Positions 1-12,047 of a stretch of 64,000 nucleotides of DNA are shown here, piece after piece. The stretch spans positions 1,738-65,737 of the forward strand of contig CATDIL010000004.1 of the NCBI GenBank assembly GCA_949517355.1, read 5' to 3'. The DNA is from an uncultured Mycoplasmatota bacterium. GTDB taxonomy: Bacteria; Bacillota_I; Bacilli_A; Mycoplasmatales; Mycoplasmoidaceae. Within the stretch, counting starts at the first letter, position 1. Each line of letters starts with the position of its first letter. The notes below the pieces were generated by a model that did not search any database, had not been told where the DNA came from, and saw only the letters and a list, made by a program, of their open reading frames with translations. Both the position numbers and the translations under genes were made by a program.

Positions 1-135
1 TTTGATAGCAATATCAATTGATGAATCAAATTTAGTTGTAGAAGTTTTCTTTGCTAAAGCAACAGCTTCTTCAACAGGATAGATTTTTTTATTATCTACA
101 AGTGTCTTTACACTTTTAAATTTTTTACCTGCCAT
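1..135 (-). CDS. rplA: 50S ribosomal protein L1, N-terminal part (gene continues past the left edge)
   Basis: The reverse-strand ATG at 135..133 overlaps the L11 stop (TAATG). Translation [45 protein letters not shown] is L1-like, and the order rplK-rplA is conserved. Confidence 0.85.
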   Translation of the reverse strand, partial: MAGKKFKSVKTLVDNKKIYPVEEAVALAKKTSTTKFDSSIDIAIK

Positions 136-590
136 TATTGCTTACCTCCGTTTTTCTTAGGTGTAAGATCAACATCTTTAATCTTAATACCCATTTGTTT
201 TGCAGTTCCTGCAATCATTCTTAATGCCATTTCTTCATCATATGCATTTAGGTCTGGCATTTTGTATCTTGCAATTTCTAAAGCTTGTTCTTTAGTAATT
301 GTTGCAACTGTATCAGTTAATTGGTTTTTACCTGCTGTTTGAATTTTAGCAGCTTTCTTTAACATAACAGATGCTGGGGTAGTTTTAATGATAAAAGTAA
401 AAGATTTATCAGAAAAAGCAGTAATAACACATGGGACCACTTCTCCCATACGATCTCTAGTTTGATCATTGAATTGTTTAGTGAATTCAGCCATATTAAT
501 ACCAATAGACGCTAATGCTGGTCCTGGTTTAGCTTGTCCACCAATCAGTTGAATCTTGGCGATTCTCTTTATTTCTTTTTTTGCAGCCAC
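135..590 (-). CDS. rplK: 50S ribosomal protein L11
   Basis: Intact 151-aa [36 protein letters not shown]...[11 protein letters not shown] is the canonical L11 sequence pattern. Confidence 0.95.
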   Translation of the reverse strand: MAAKKEIKRIAKIQLIGGQAKPGPALASIGINMAEFTKQFNDQTRDRMGEVVPCVITAFSDKSFTFIIKTTPASVMLKKAAKIQTAGKNQLTDTVATITKEQALEIARYKMPDLNAYDEEMALRMIAGTAKQMGIKIKDVDLTPKKNGGKQ

Positions 591-728
591 AAGTAACTCC
601 TTTCTTTTTTAGTTCTCTACGTGGTATATCGGTCTATTGACCTTCCACACGCTACATTTGTAATAGTCATTATATATATTTTTAGATTTTTTTTATAAAA
701 AATATTTAATGTGTTATTATAAAAGTTA

Positions 729-1883
729 ATGAAAAACACATTTTATTCGGAATTAAAGCAAAATAAATGTTTTAAATTACATAATTTATTCTTTGGTGGA
801 ATCATATTTACATTAGGAATGGTCATAATGCAAAATATGCAATTTTCATTTCAAGGATGAGTTCAATCTATGTATAAACTTTCTGGTTTTCAATTTTGAG
901 ATTGAACTATTCCTTCTGTTGATTATGCTATTCCTATAATTCCATTTTTTTGAATAATTTATGGTGCAGCTATAGCTTCATGAACTATATTACCTATTTT
1001 CTTATATATAGCTTATGGACCTAAAAGGTTTGCAAAATATCTTACGTGCTGTATGTACACATATGTATTCGCAATTCTAATTGCTATGTGCACACCATGC
1101 GATTTAGTTAGTATTAAAAACTATGCACTAGAACAATTGCAGGGTAAAACGGGATTCTTAATTAAACAAACACGGGATTTAATTAAAAATAATGTTACTT
1201 TTGACGCGTTCCCTTCTAATCATTGTTTAAACCAATTTGATTTAATGTTTGGCTTTATCTTATTTAACTTTTTTGATAAAACTAACAGAAAAGATTCAAG
1301 GAAAATATTGACTTGAAAGATTATTTGAACTTCGCTGATTTCGATCTTTACAATGTTAGTTGTCGCTTCTACTTTTATTATGAAAGTTCACTTCTTTGTA
1401 GATTGAATTCCTTCTTTAATTGTTTCATTAAGTGTTTTTGTAATAATGCGCTTTATAAAAACCGATCCTATTACAAGATTTTTCTACAGGTTAATGAATA
1501 GTTTTCAATATTGTTTTTGGTACGTTGGACCTAATGAAGTAAAGAATGATATTTGGAATTGAGCTAAAATTCATCAAGATATATTCAAAATTAATGCTTT
1601 ATCTAAAAAAGAGATTAAAAAACATTTTATTATTACTGACATTGTGATATTTTGTATATATTTGTTTATGCTTCTTGTATTAAACTATTGTCTAGCAGCA
1701 TTGGAAGGTTTTGACACAGGTAATAAAGTTTTTAACTTCTTATTATTAAGAATCGTAATCTACTTCTCTTTAATTGATTTTATGATTTTTGGTGTATATA
1801 TCTTTCATACAATTTATAAAAAACAAAAAATTAAGCAAATAACCCCCCCCCCACTAATCCAAATTAACCTATTAAATTATTAA
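729..1883 (+). CDS. Multi-pass integral membrane protein, possibly PAP2-superfamily-like
   Basis: ATG at 729. One frame (coordinates = 0 mod 3) joins track ORFs 1053..1316 and 1644..1883 through about 10 in-frame TGA, with no TAA or TAG. The protein is strongly hydrophobic. FPSNH and HFFVDW weakly resemble PAP2 motifs C2 and C3. Confidence 0.6.
1843..1852. repeat. Homopolymeric C10 tract
   Basis: aa-cccccccccc-actaatcc read directly. It encodes TPPP, 10 codons before the stop of the 729..1883 gene, and lies 68-77 nt upstream of the ABC permease ATG. Confidence 0.95.
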
Positions 1884-1919
1884 TATATATTAATAAATTT
1901 ATACATATAATAAAAAAAT

Positions 1920-4900
1920 ATGTGGAATCTGCTAAAGAATACTTTTAGGTCCTTAGCAAAAAATAAGGTTTCAATAATTGGTCTAACATTCCTTATCTTT
2001 TTATCAGTGGGAATGTTTACAGTATTACAAAGTACATCAACCAACATTGATTCAACCTATGAAATGATATCAAAACAGGGAAATCAACATGATTTTACTG
2101 TTTCTGAACACTATAACACTGGTAATATAACCCAAAAACCTGGTGATCAACAAGGCGGCCACTATGGTCTTTCTTCTGATGGTGAACAAGTTTATTGACC
2201 TGATCAAACCGCTTCTGGAAGTACATCTTCTGAAAATACATATACTAAAACTTATTACTTTCATCTGTATGCAGATGCTACTGATGATTCGTTGGTTGGA
2301 ACATTTTATAACCAACATAAAGATGAAACATCTGGTGTAGCACACGATTTAATTTATCGTTCATACACAATCATTAACAATAACCATCTTACATATATGG
2401 ATGGAGCAAGTGGTACTCCACCTAAATCTACCAAGACTGTAGAACAAATTTCAGAAGAATTGAGGGGCACCGAAGAAAATAGCGACTCAAAAGATATTAC
2501 TGCGTATTTTGCTTCATGAAGTAATGATTTATTAAATTATTTAGAACAAGAAAATAGCCCCCTTAACCAGTATTTAACATCTGACGATATGAAAGATGAA
2601 GTTTATTTTAGAAACTATTCATCTTTGAATATTAATAACTCAACAGGTGATATTTTTTATGATGTTGTGCTATCTCAACCAGAAGATGAAACTCATCCAT
2701 ATGATTCAATTGTTGATCGTGAAATACTATTTGACGATAGTGATTTTAACTACATTGGTTGACATAACTTTGCTGATAGCGAATGAAAGCCTTATCAAAA
2801 TCGTTCTGGTTTATCCATAAAAGAAATTTTGTCTCATGAGCTTTTACAATGAAATGATGTTGTAAACAACATTCAAGAGCAAAAAATTGTAAGAGATCAA
2901 ATAGAATTATTGTCTAAAGGTTCAAGCACGGAACCACAAACGAATGAAGCTTCTTTTTTTGATAAAGTTACTGACATTAATAATGTATTGCTAGCTAACC
3001 CAGATAACTTTAGTGCAGCTGAATCTGAATACAAAATTTTTTATGATTCAAAATACAAAAATGTAGATGTAATTAACAAGAAATATTCTTATGTCATTTC
3101 ATATGAAAAACCTGGCACAACCCCTATTCCATTTACATGATTAATCGATAATTGAACAAGTAAGTTTGCTATTTGTGCCCCTCAATACATGCAATCTTAT
3201 GATCTAATGCCTTTAGATATCCATAGTTTATTATCTAAAGACAAAGATTATTTAGATTGAGCACAAACTCATACAGATATTTCAAATGAAAGAACTAGAT
3301 TTATTGCTTGAATGAATTCATTAAAGCAGTCAGTAATTGACAAAAAACTTTCTTCTTGAGAAAATGAATATCCAAAAAATTTAATTAAAATTGCAGGTGC
3401 CACGCCTTCGTTTATTTTGTCTGCTGGTATTACAGGTGATTATGTATATCCTGTAGTATCAATTAGCAGACCGATCCCAAATACAAAAAAAGAATGTGTT
3501 GTATTTGGTAACAAATCTTTTTACGAAAGAATTCATGCATCGTTTTTAGGTAATGAAGAAGAAAAATATGTAGTAGGTAAATTTTATAATCCTAAAAATG
3601 GCCAAAAGATATTAAATGAAATTAATACTAAATGTAAAACAATAATGTCTTGACCGGAAAACATTAATCCTGCTTACATGGCTACAGATTTATCGTGTAC
3701 ATTAAATGCTGCAGCATTTAGAATATCTTACATTCCTCAATTAGTAAGTAAGATTGATGTTATTACATATTTATTAACAATCTTTGTAATTACAATATCT
3801 TTAGTTATTTCAGTGATTATCGTTAGAAGATATGTTTCAAATAGTAGAACAACTATTGGTGTTATTCAAGCTAATGGTGTTAAAAAGTGAAACATCGCAT
3901 TATCTTTAACTCCATTTGCTTTAATCCCTTCATTGATTGGTGGTATTAGTGGATATTTGTTAGGAACATTTTTACAAAAACCAGCAATCGGATTATTTTC
4001 TAACTTCTGAACGTTACCAACAAGCGTTCTTGCGTTTTCTTGATTATCTATATTTGTTGCAGTACTATTACCATTCTTGTTATTTGTTGGTGTAAGTGTT
4101 TTCTCTACATATCTTTTGTTAAGAGAAAAAACTACAGATTTAATGAAGAGTGGTAGTGAATACAAATTCAGTCAAATAGGTAAACTTGTTAAAAAACCAT
4201 TTAAAAGAGCAGGTGTTATTTCAAAATTTAGAGTATCAATTGCATTTAGTTCTGTTTGAAAGTTATTTATTTTGTCAATAATGAGTTCATTAATAATGTC
4301 ATCATTAACTTTTGGTTTTACCATTAATGGTAAATTTGACCAAGCGATTACTAAGACATTAGATACAAAGAATTATTCATACTCTGTTGATTTATATACT
4401 CCAACAGAACAAGGTGGTCAATACATCCCTGTTGATGGAGAACATCTTGGATTAACTGGATGACAAACATCAGCAAGTAATGCTGAAACAAACTTTTTCC
4501 CTAACTTATTGTATAAAAGTGGCTTTGTAAGTAATGACAGTTCTTGAAACTATATTGATAGAAATAATTGCGATACTAGTTTGTATACAAAAACCTATTA
4601 CACAACTACTTTTACTTCTGTTTCACTAGCTCACTTGCATCCATTAAATACTGGTTGAATATGTGAGCCGTTTGAATATGAACATAATTCATATGCAAAC
4701 ATGTTTGTTCCATTTATGAGTGATGCTGTCGGACAAAAAACAGATTTAAACTATATGAAGAATAGATATGCAACAAAGTTAACACTTAACTATGTTATTG
4801 GTTTATTTTCATTGGTTTCAAATCCATGAAGCATTACTGCTTCATTAATGCCTGAAAATTTAAAAAATATTTGTAACACAAAATATGAAGCAATTATTAA

Positions 4901-6524
4901 TGAAATAGGTAATTTATGCTACACAAACAACGATTGATCAAAATATCAAAAATACTTTGCACGTGTGGGAGATACTGAACCTTATGAATATAAAATTACT
5001 GATAAAACAATCGATTACACTGGAATGGCATTAGACCATGTTTTTTTAGAATTGATTAATAAAATTTATCAATTATTACCGTCTGCCCAAGAAGATTATG
5101 AAATGGTCTACAATGCTGTTCCATTAACTAATGAAGAAGAAACATACACTTACATAAATGGTGATGTTGTTTCTACAACAAATGGCAGTAAACCATCAAA
5201 CATTAAAGTTTTAGGTGTTTACAACAATAGTACATTTGTAAATTTAATTGATGAAAACAATAATGATTTAGCTCCATTAATTAATTACGAAAACATTCAA
5301 CCAGATGCAACAGCATTTCCAATGTTAATTAATCAAACGGTTGCTAAAAAATACAACTACCACGTTGGTACTGAATTATCTCTTTCAATTACAAACACTT
5401 CAAATAGATTTACTAAAATAATTAATGTAGATGATTCAAAAACTATCTATAAATTTAAAGTTGTTGGTGTCATTAAATCATGTGAAGATGATGAATTTTA
5501 TATCGATCAACAAATTGCTAACTGAACATTAGGTTTGAAATCTAAATATAGAGAAGGTTTAGACAATTCAACATATTGTTTAAACAATAACTATATTGAT
5601 TATTCTAAAGCAATTCATAGCACATTTTCAGTTGATGATGGTTTAAAAACATCAGCAAGTTTAATAGATGCCGTTAAAGGTGATTCAAACAATAAAAATT
5701 CATTACAAACAGTTGCAGGAACAGATGATGGATACAACATCATCCCTTATGGTTTTAATGGTTATTTTACAAAAGATCCTAATGGAAGCAAGGGATTAGT
5801 TGGCGGTATATCAAATTATTCACCGTCTGGTATTTGATGCCCAAGTGCTACATGAAGTTCAAATACAACATTAGATCTTGTCAAATATGGAGCAAACTTG
5901 GAATTAGCAAAAGAAATTTCAGGAATTACTGATAAAAGCATTAAAGAAGCTTATGATAAGTGACAAAGTTCAAAGAGCAAAACGGACCACGAACAATTTA
6001 CTAATCTTGCAAATGGTTTATTAAAGCAAATTTCAGCAATTTTTGGTGATTCATGTTATGTCTCATTAGTTACAAACGTAATGGACAAAAATGCTAAAGC
6101 GTCTGTTTATGGAAAAATGGCCGAAACTGTTACAAGTGTTGAAACAATTGTATTAATAATCATTGTTATGATGGTGTTCTTTATTGTGTTGTTGATGTCA
6201 TCAATTATTATTGCTGATTGTAAGAAATTAGCAGCTATTCTAAGTTCTTTAGGATATACAGATATGGAGAACGCTCTATCATTTATGGCAATTTATATTC
6301 CAGTAATTTTATTAGGTTTAGCGATTGGTATCCCGCTAACCCTCGGGTTTGCCACCATGTTCCAAACAGCGATATTGAATGGAATAGGGTTGTTAGTTGA
6401 TACAACAACTAAATGATATTGATTTATATCAAGTGCATGTATTGTTTCAGCAGAATTAATATTATCAATTGTGTTTAGCTGAATATCATTAAGAAAAACA
6501 TCATTAGTAAGCATGATTAAATAG
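1920..6524 (+). CDS. ABC transporter permease, FtsX/MacB-type with two FtsX modules and very large extracytoplasmic regions (about 1534 aa)
   Basis: Ten track ORFs (1920, 2292, 2910, 3417, 3678, 4077, 4272, 4965, 5535, 6081) all start at 0 mod 3 and are joined only by TGA. The terminal TAG is at 6522..6524. The N-terminus MWNLLKNTFRSLAKNKVSIIGLTFLIFLSVGMF is a typical FtsX-family start. TM clusters lie at about 3680-4260 and 6080-6520. Confidence 0.85.
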
Positions 6525-6531
6525 GAGAAAC

Positions 6532-7875
6532 ATGAAAAATAAAATCAATAAAAAAATAATTACTTATAAAAACAAAACTGATTTCTATAAAAATCAAGTT
6601 TTATCTTTCGAAAAAGAGATGGATGTTTTAAATAAGTTAGTTGACCCTAATAACATTAACGAAAAAAGAAACTATAAAGAAAAACGCATAGCCACTAAAA
6701 AACTAAACAAGATTTCTACTAAAAGAAATCGCGCTAATGCTTACGAAATTAAATATAGATATTTGTACCAGTTACACGCTTTACTTAAACAGTACCACAC
6801 TAGCAAACCAAATGATATTGTTTATCACAACTATTTAGAGTATATAGAATCTACTAATAACGGTGATGCTATACCATATAATCCACTTAAGATTCTCCAT
6901 ATAAATATATGAACAAAAAAATTAAATAAAAAGATTTTAAAGCTTGCTTATTACAAAAATGTTAAGTTACCTAAGCAAAAGAATTTTGCAAAGAAAAAAC
7001 TTATTAAATATCAAATTAAAACCACTCAAGAAGACATCCAATCATTACAAAGTTATATTAATGATACTAAAGTAAGTTTTTATTCTATATTTCATGCAAA
7101 AATGGTTGCTAAATTAGATAAACTTTCTAAAAATCACGGAATTAAGAAAATGAGTTCAGAATATGTTATCGATCTTAAAGATGTAACCAAATATTACAAT
7201 AATGGTTTGTTGGCCACTAAAGTATTAAAAGGTGTTGATTTGCAAATTAAGTATGGTGAATTTGTTGTTATTTTAGGACCATCAGGTAGTGGTAAAACTA
7301 CATTGTTAAATATTATTTCAGGTATGGATACAGCAACATACGGAAGAACTATTGTATGTAATCAAAATTTAATTAATTATGATATTCCAAAATTAACTGA
7401 ATTTAGAAGAAAGAAAATCGGTTATGTATTCCAACAATATGGATTGTTACCAAACTTAACTATTAGAGAGAACGTTGAAATAGGAGAAAACTTACAAGAC
7501 AAAAAATCTAAAAAAATTGATATAGATGATTTATTAAAAACTATTGGAATTTTTGAGCACCGTAACAAATTCCCGAGCGAATTGTCCGGTGGTCAACAAC
7601 AACGTGTGTCTATCGCTAGAAGTATTGCTAAAAACCCTGACATTATTTTTGGTGATGAACCTACAGGCGCTATTGATGAAGAAATGTCTAAACAAGTAAT
7701 GCAATTGTTTTTAGATGTTAACAAAACATACCACACAACAATTATCATTGTTACTCACAATCCTATTTTTGCTGATTTAGCAAGTATGGTTATTAAGGTT
7801 AATGGCGGTAAAATTGCTAATATAATTAGAAATAAACATCGTAAATCAGTTAACGAATTAAATTGAACTAAATAA
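6532..7875 (+). CDS. ABC transporter ATP-binding protein (MacB/LolD-like) with a lysine-rich N-terminal extension of about 190 aa
   Basis: ORFs 6532..6912 and 7102..7866 share a frame and are joined through TGA. The stop TAA is at 7873. Walker A GPSGSGKTT, signature LSGGQQQRVSIARS and Walker B IIFGDEPTG are present. AGGAG lies upstream of the ATG at 6532. Confidence 0.9.
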
Positions 7876-7876
7876 T

Positions 7877-8977
7877 ATGAAAAAAGTTTTGATTATCACT
7901 TATTCTCCAGATCATACATTTGGCGGAACCGAAATTTATGCTGAAAAGTTAATTAAGATATTTAAGGAATTAAAATGAGATGTAACTGAATATTCATTAG
8001 ATGTACGAGATTCTTTTGCTAAAATGACTAAACCTGATCATAAAGTCGTTTGTCCTAAGCTTCCTGTTAATGAATCGTGTGGGTTAATTAATTTATCTCG
8101 TTTAAAGAAAGCTAAAAAAGAATTGAATGATCTAAAGAAAAAATATAAATTTAATTTAATTATTAATAACCTAGGCGATGGTTTTAAATGAGAATACATT
8201 CCAAAAAACGAAATCTTAATTCAACATTTTTGCATCGATTATTACAGAAAAATTACATTATTCAAGAATAATTTCTTTGCATCAATAGGAAGATTTTTAA
8301 CATATATTTTTACAGGCTTTGTTGATATTATGCAATATCATGACAATGTTGTGTTTTTTACAAATAAAGATCAAGAAGAAGCTAATAAAGTTTATGGTAA
8401 AAAATTTAATAGTTACAACATTAATTTAACCACATTAAATTACAAAGAAATTAATGCAATCAACAAGCAAGCGCGTCAACAAAAACTTGTGTATGTTGGT
8501 CGTATTGAAAATTCACAAAAAAATATGAAATATTTTTCAAAGGTTGCAAAATATCTTAAATATCCTGTTGATGTTTATGGGCGTGGAAAATACACAAGAC
8601 AAATTGCTATAAAGAAAAACATTAATTATTGTGGTGTTCTTAAAAGAGAAAAACTATTTAGCACAATTTCAAACTACACTGCTACACTGCTTTTATCAAA
8701 ATATGAAGGGTTCCCTTACGCTGCAATTGAATCATTAACAGCAGGGACTCCTTTAATTTCTTCTGATACATATTGTTCAGCTAAGTTATTAACAAAAGAA
8801 AAAGGTTTGTTAGTAGACATTAAACAATCTCCAAAAAAATGTGCAGAACAAATAAATGATTTTTTGAAAAAAACCGATATTGAAACTATGTCAAAAAAAT
8901 GCACAAACTTTGCTCTTAAAAATCTTACTAATAAAATTTTTGAAAATAAATGAAAAGAAATAATTAAGAATTATTAA
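7877..8977 (+). CDS. Glycosyltransferase, GT-B fold (family 4-like)
   Basis: ATG at 7877 is in frame with track ORF 8330..8953 through TGA codons. The C-terminal motif SKYEGFPYAAIESLTAGTPLISS is an E-x7-E type. Confidence 0.8.
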
Positions 8978-9969
8978 TTCTTACTTTTCTTTAATTCTTT
9001 TTTAAAAAATATTTTAAAAAGAAGTGTCAAGATTTTCTTTCATCAGCTTTTATTCTTTGCACTAATAGGATATCCTGTTTTTTGAAGAACATTTAAAGCT
9101 TCGATTTTATTTTTTTCAAATATTTTTTTGCTATTTGCATCCCTTGGGTGTCTAAAGAAAATAAAATAACCAATTGGTGCAAACAAACAACCCAAAATAG
9201 CTTCTTGATATTTAGGATTGTTTAAATACCCTTCTTTCTTAAACAATTCTAACAAACCATCAGTTTGTTTCATAACATGTTGTAAAACTGTATATTCTGT
9301 TCCTTCAAATTTACTAGTAGAATTTTTCCTTCTTAAATAAACATAAAAATTAGCATTTATTGTTTTAAATTTTTTTGCTTTTAAAAAAACGTAAGGCATA
9401 ATTCCTAAATCTTCAAATACTCTTGAAACCTTATCATTGAAAGAGATGTTTAATTTATTTCAATATGATTTTCTAATAAAACATCCTCAACATAAACAAA
9501 TATTTTTTTCAACATATTTAATGTTGTTAGTCTTTGAATTAAAAGAACTTGTTGGAAAAAAGTTAAATTTAATTATTGGCCATCCACTAAACACTACTTT
9601 GGTTTTGCCGACAACCATATCATAATTTTCACCTTCTAATGAATCAACAAATTTTTTACATGTAGTTTTAAACATTCAATCATCTGAATCTAAAAAGAAC
9701 ATGTATTCACCATGACAAAGTTTAATTAATAAATTTCTATTAGTTGCAATTCCTTTGTTAACTTTATTACGATAAATTCTTATTCTCTTATCTCTACTAG
9801 CATATTCTTTAAGAATATCATATGTAAAGTCTTTAGAGCAATCGTCAAGACAAACAATTTCAATATTATGAAAAGTTTGTTTAATTGCGCTGTTTAAACA
9901 TTTTCTTATATATTTCTCACTATTGTGAGTAGGAATTAATATAGAAATCTTAGGTTTATTACTTGTCAT
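8974..9969 (-). CDS. Glycosyltransferase family 2 (copy a)
   Basis: Track ORFs 9676..9969, 9487..9675 and 9043..9399 share one reverse frame and are joined by TGA. The true stop TAA is at 8976..8974. ISILIPTHNSEKYIRKCLNSAIKQTF...DDCS...FLDSDD is the GT2 signature. Confidence 0.9.
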
Positions 9970-10822
9970 GTTTTAAAACAATTTTTCAAATCTCTTTTTG
10001 AGAAGATGGATTAATAACTAAAAAATGATCACCTTCACTAAAAATTTCAATGCCATTATTTTTTAATTTATAACTTGTTAGTTTATCTATAGTGTTTTTA
10101 TTTTTTTGATAATAAAAATCTTCTTTTGAAGTAATCAAAGTAATTTGTGGCATTGCATCGATTTCATAATGATTTAATATAAATTTTCTGGCTTTAGACA
10201 TACTAAACCATGTTGCAAGATTTATTTTAGTGCTTTGTTTGTTTTCTTGAGCTCTCATTTTTCACATTCTTAAAAAAACAATGTTGTTTGTCAAATTGTG
10301 TATTCCATGCGGAATAGAATATGTATCAATATTAGTTAATAATGTAAATATATATTTACATGCTAACTTGAAAGTGTTATCTGTATTTTTTTCTTCTTTA
10401 GTTTTTTTTGGATTTCTAATTTTAAACGGAGGATTTAACAAAATATATTGATTGTTCTCATAGAAATATTTTTTACAATATAAAGAAGCTAAATTAGCAC
10501 CAAACGATTCACCAAAGAAAATAATTTTTTTATTTGGATCTTTAGCCTTAATTTGATCTACTATTTCATGAATTATTCTTATATAGTAATGTGGGTGTCT
10601 ACTTGGTTTAATTTTACATGAGCCATGACCTGGTAAATCAATTGAAAGAAAAACAGAATGTTTGAAATCTGGAATGTTATAAAACTTTATAAGTTCTTTG
10701 ATTCCGCATGCAATGTTTAAATGAATAATAATATTTTTTGCATTTTCAAATTTTCCACAATAAATAGCAGGAATTAAACCTTTAGATGTTTTAAAATCTA
10801 AATTTTTAAAAGTTATTGCCAT
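9959..10822 (-). CDS. Alpha/beta-fold hydrolase
   Basis: ORFs 10262..10822 and 9986..10258 share a frame via TGA. The nucleophile elbow GESFG and the LPGHG motif are present. The 3' end overlaps the GT2a start by 11 nt, and the start overlaps the upstream stop (TAATG). Confidence 0.75.
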
Positions 10823-11997
10823 TATGCGACCGCCTTTTTTGTTTTTTTAATAAATTTAAACTGTAAATAACACAAGAAACCAAACATTGGTATTCCTAAT
10901 AATGTTGGGATATATGCAGAAAACATTCTAAACACTAAAATCGAATCTTTTACTAAAGGTTCTATTTCATCTGGTTGTAATTGATTATTAATATGCCCAC
11001 TAATTAAAATAGTTTCTTTTAAAGCAACGTCTAACGCCATTTGACTACCAGGAATCGGAAACATTTTACAAGCGGTCACAGCAACGTTAGCACAATTGAA
11101 AATTCCTCAAAATGGTAAACCAACATTGTCTGGAGCAATTCATTGAAGAGAAACATACATAGCGCCATATGTTCATATTTCGCCAGCAAAAAAGATTAAA
11201 GAAATGATAATGGTATATTTTCAATGTTTAATCATTTCGATTGATTCTTTCTTAGCTTTTTGTTCTCTTAAATATTTTTGTTTTACTTCTTCATTTGTGT
11301 GATATTGAAGATGTAATAATTTTTTAACATTATTAAAACTTAAAGATAAAACATAAGTAAAATGAGATGAAAAGGATGTTAAAAAGAAAAATCCAAGAAT
11401 AAATCAATCTAAAGCAAAACCAACAACCATTAATCAATAAAACGAGAAAGCAGCAGCGTCAGCTTCTTTATAGTTTTGATAATCTGCAGCTATAAAACAA
11501 AACGATGGTAATGTTACTAACATTTGAATCATTTGATAAATTAAGCCGTTTGTTGCAACAATACAATAAGCTCTTGAATTTTCTACATTATGAGATTTTA
11601 TTCAATAAATAGAAAATGGATCAGATACTAAATTAGCAGGAGTAATGTTCTGTAAGAAAATTAATGTGAAACACATTGAAAGTGTGTCATATAATTTAAC
11701 TTTAATACCCATTTCTATCAATCTAACAGTAGCACTAACAGATGCAATAATAGGTTTAACAAGTAAGAAAAGTATTAAAAACACCAAAAAACCTGGTCTA
11801 GTTGATGTTGCATGACTTACTCTTTTGCCAAAGTTAGCAAAATCAACATCTAATATCTTTCAAATAGTTAAAGAAACCAACACAATAGTGATGATAAAAC
11901 CTAAAGAAATAATCAAAATTCTTTTGTTTGTTAAGAATTTAGTGTTAGCCTTATCTTGAATGGTTTTACCTTTTTTAAGGTTAGCGTTTTTTTTCAT
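10822..11997 (-). CDS. Flippase-like / lysylphosphatidylglycerol-synthase-TM-domain family membrane protein
   Basis: ATG at 11997 is in frame with ORFs 11602..11787 and 10822..11079 via many TGA. The 391-aa polytopic protein has a basic N-terminus, MKKNANLKKGKT. It heads a three-gene minus-strand operon with the hydrolase and GT2a. Confidence 0.65.
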
Positions 11998-12047
11998 TAC
12001 TATAGTTTATCTTTATTATTATATTTATAATATAAAATAATTGTTAT

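Noticed and set aside
591-728. Possible structured L11/L1 operon leader upstream of rplK.
   Set aside because: I could not identify a convincing conserved L1-binding fold by eye. I left it unannotated.
2070-2345. Track ORFs 2070..2345 (-) and 2143..2340 (+) inside the ABC permease gene.
   Set aside because: They lie in alternative or antisense frames of a long, well-supported table-4 CDS. Their composition is what an off-frame reading of AT-rich coding DNA produces.
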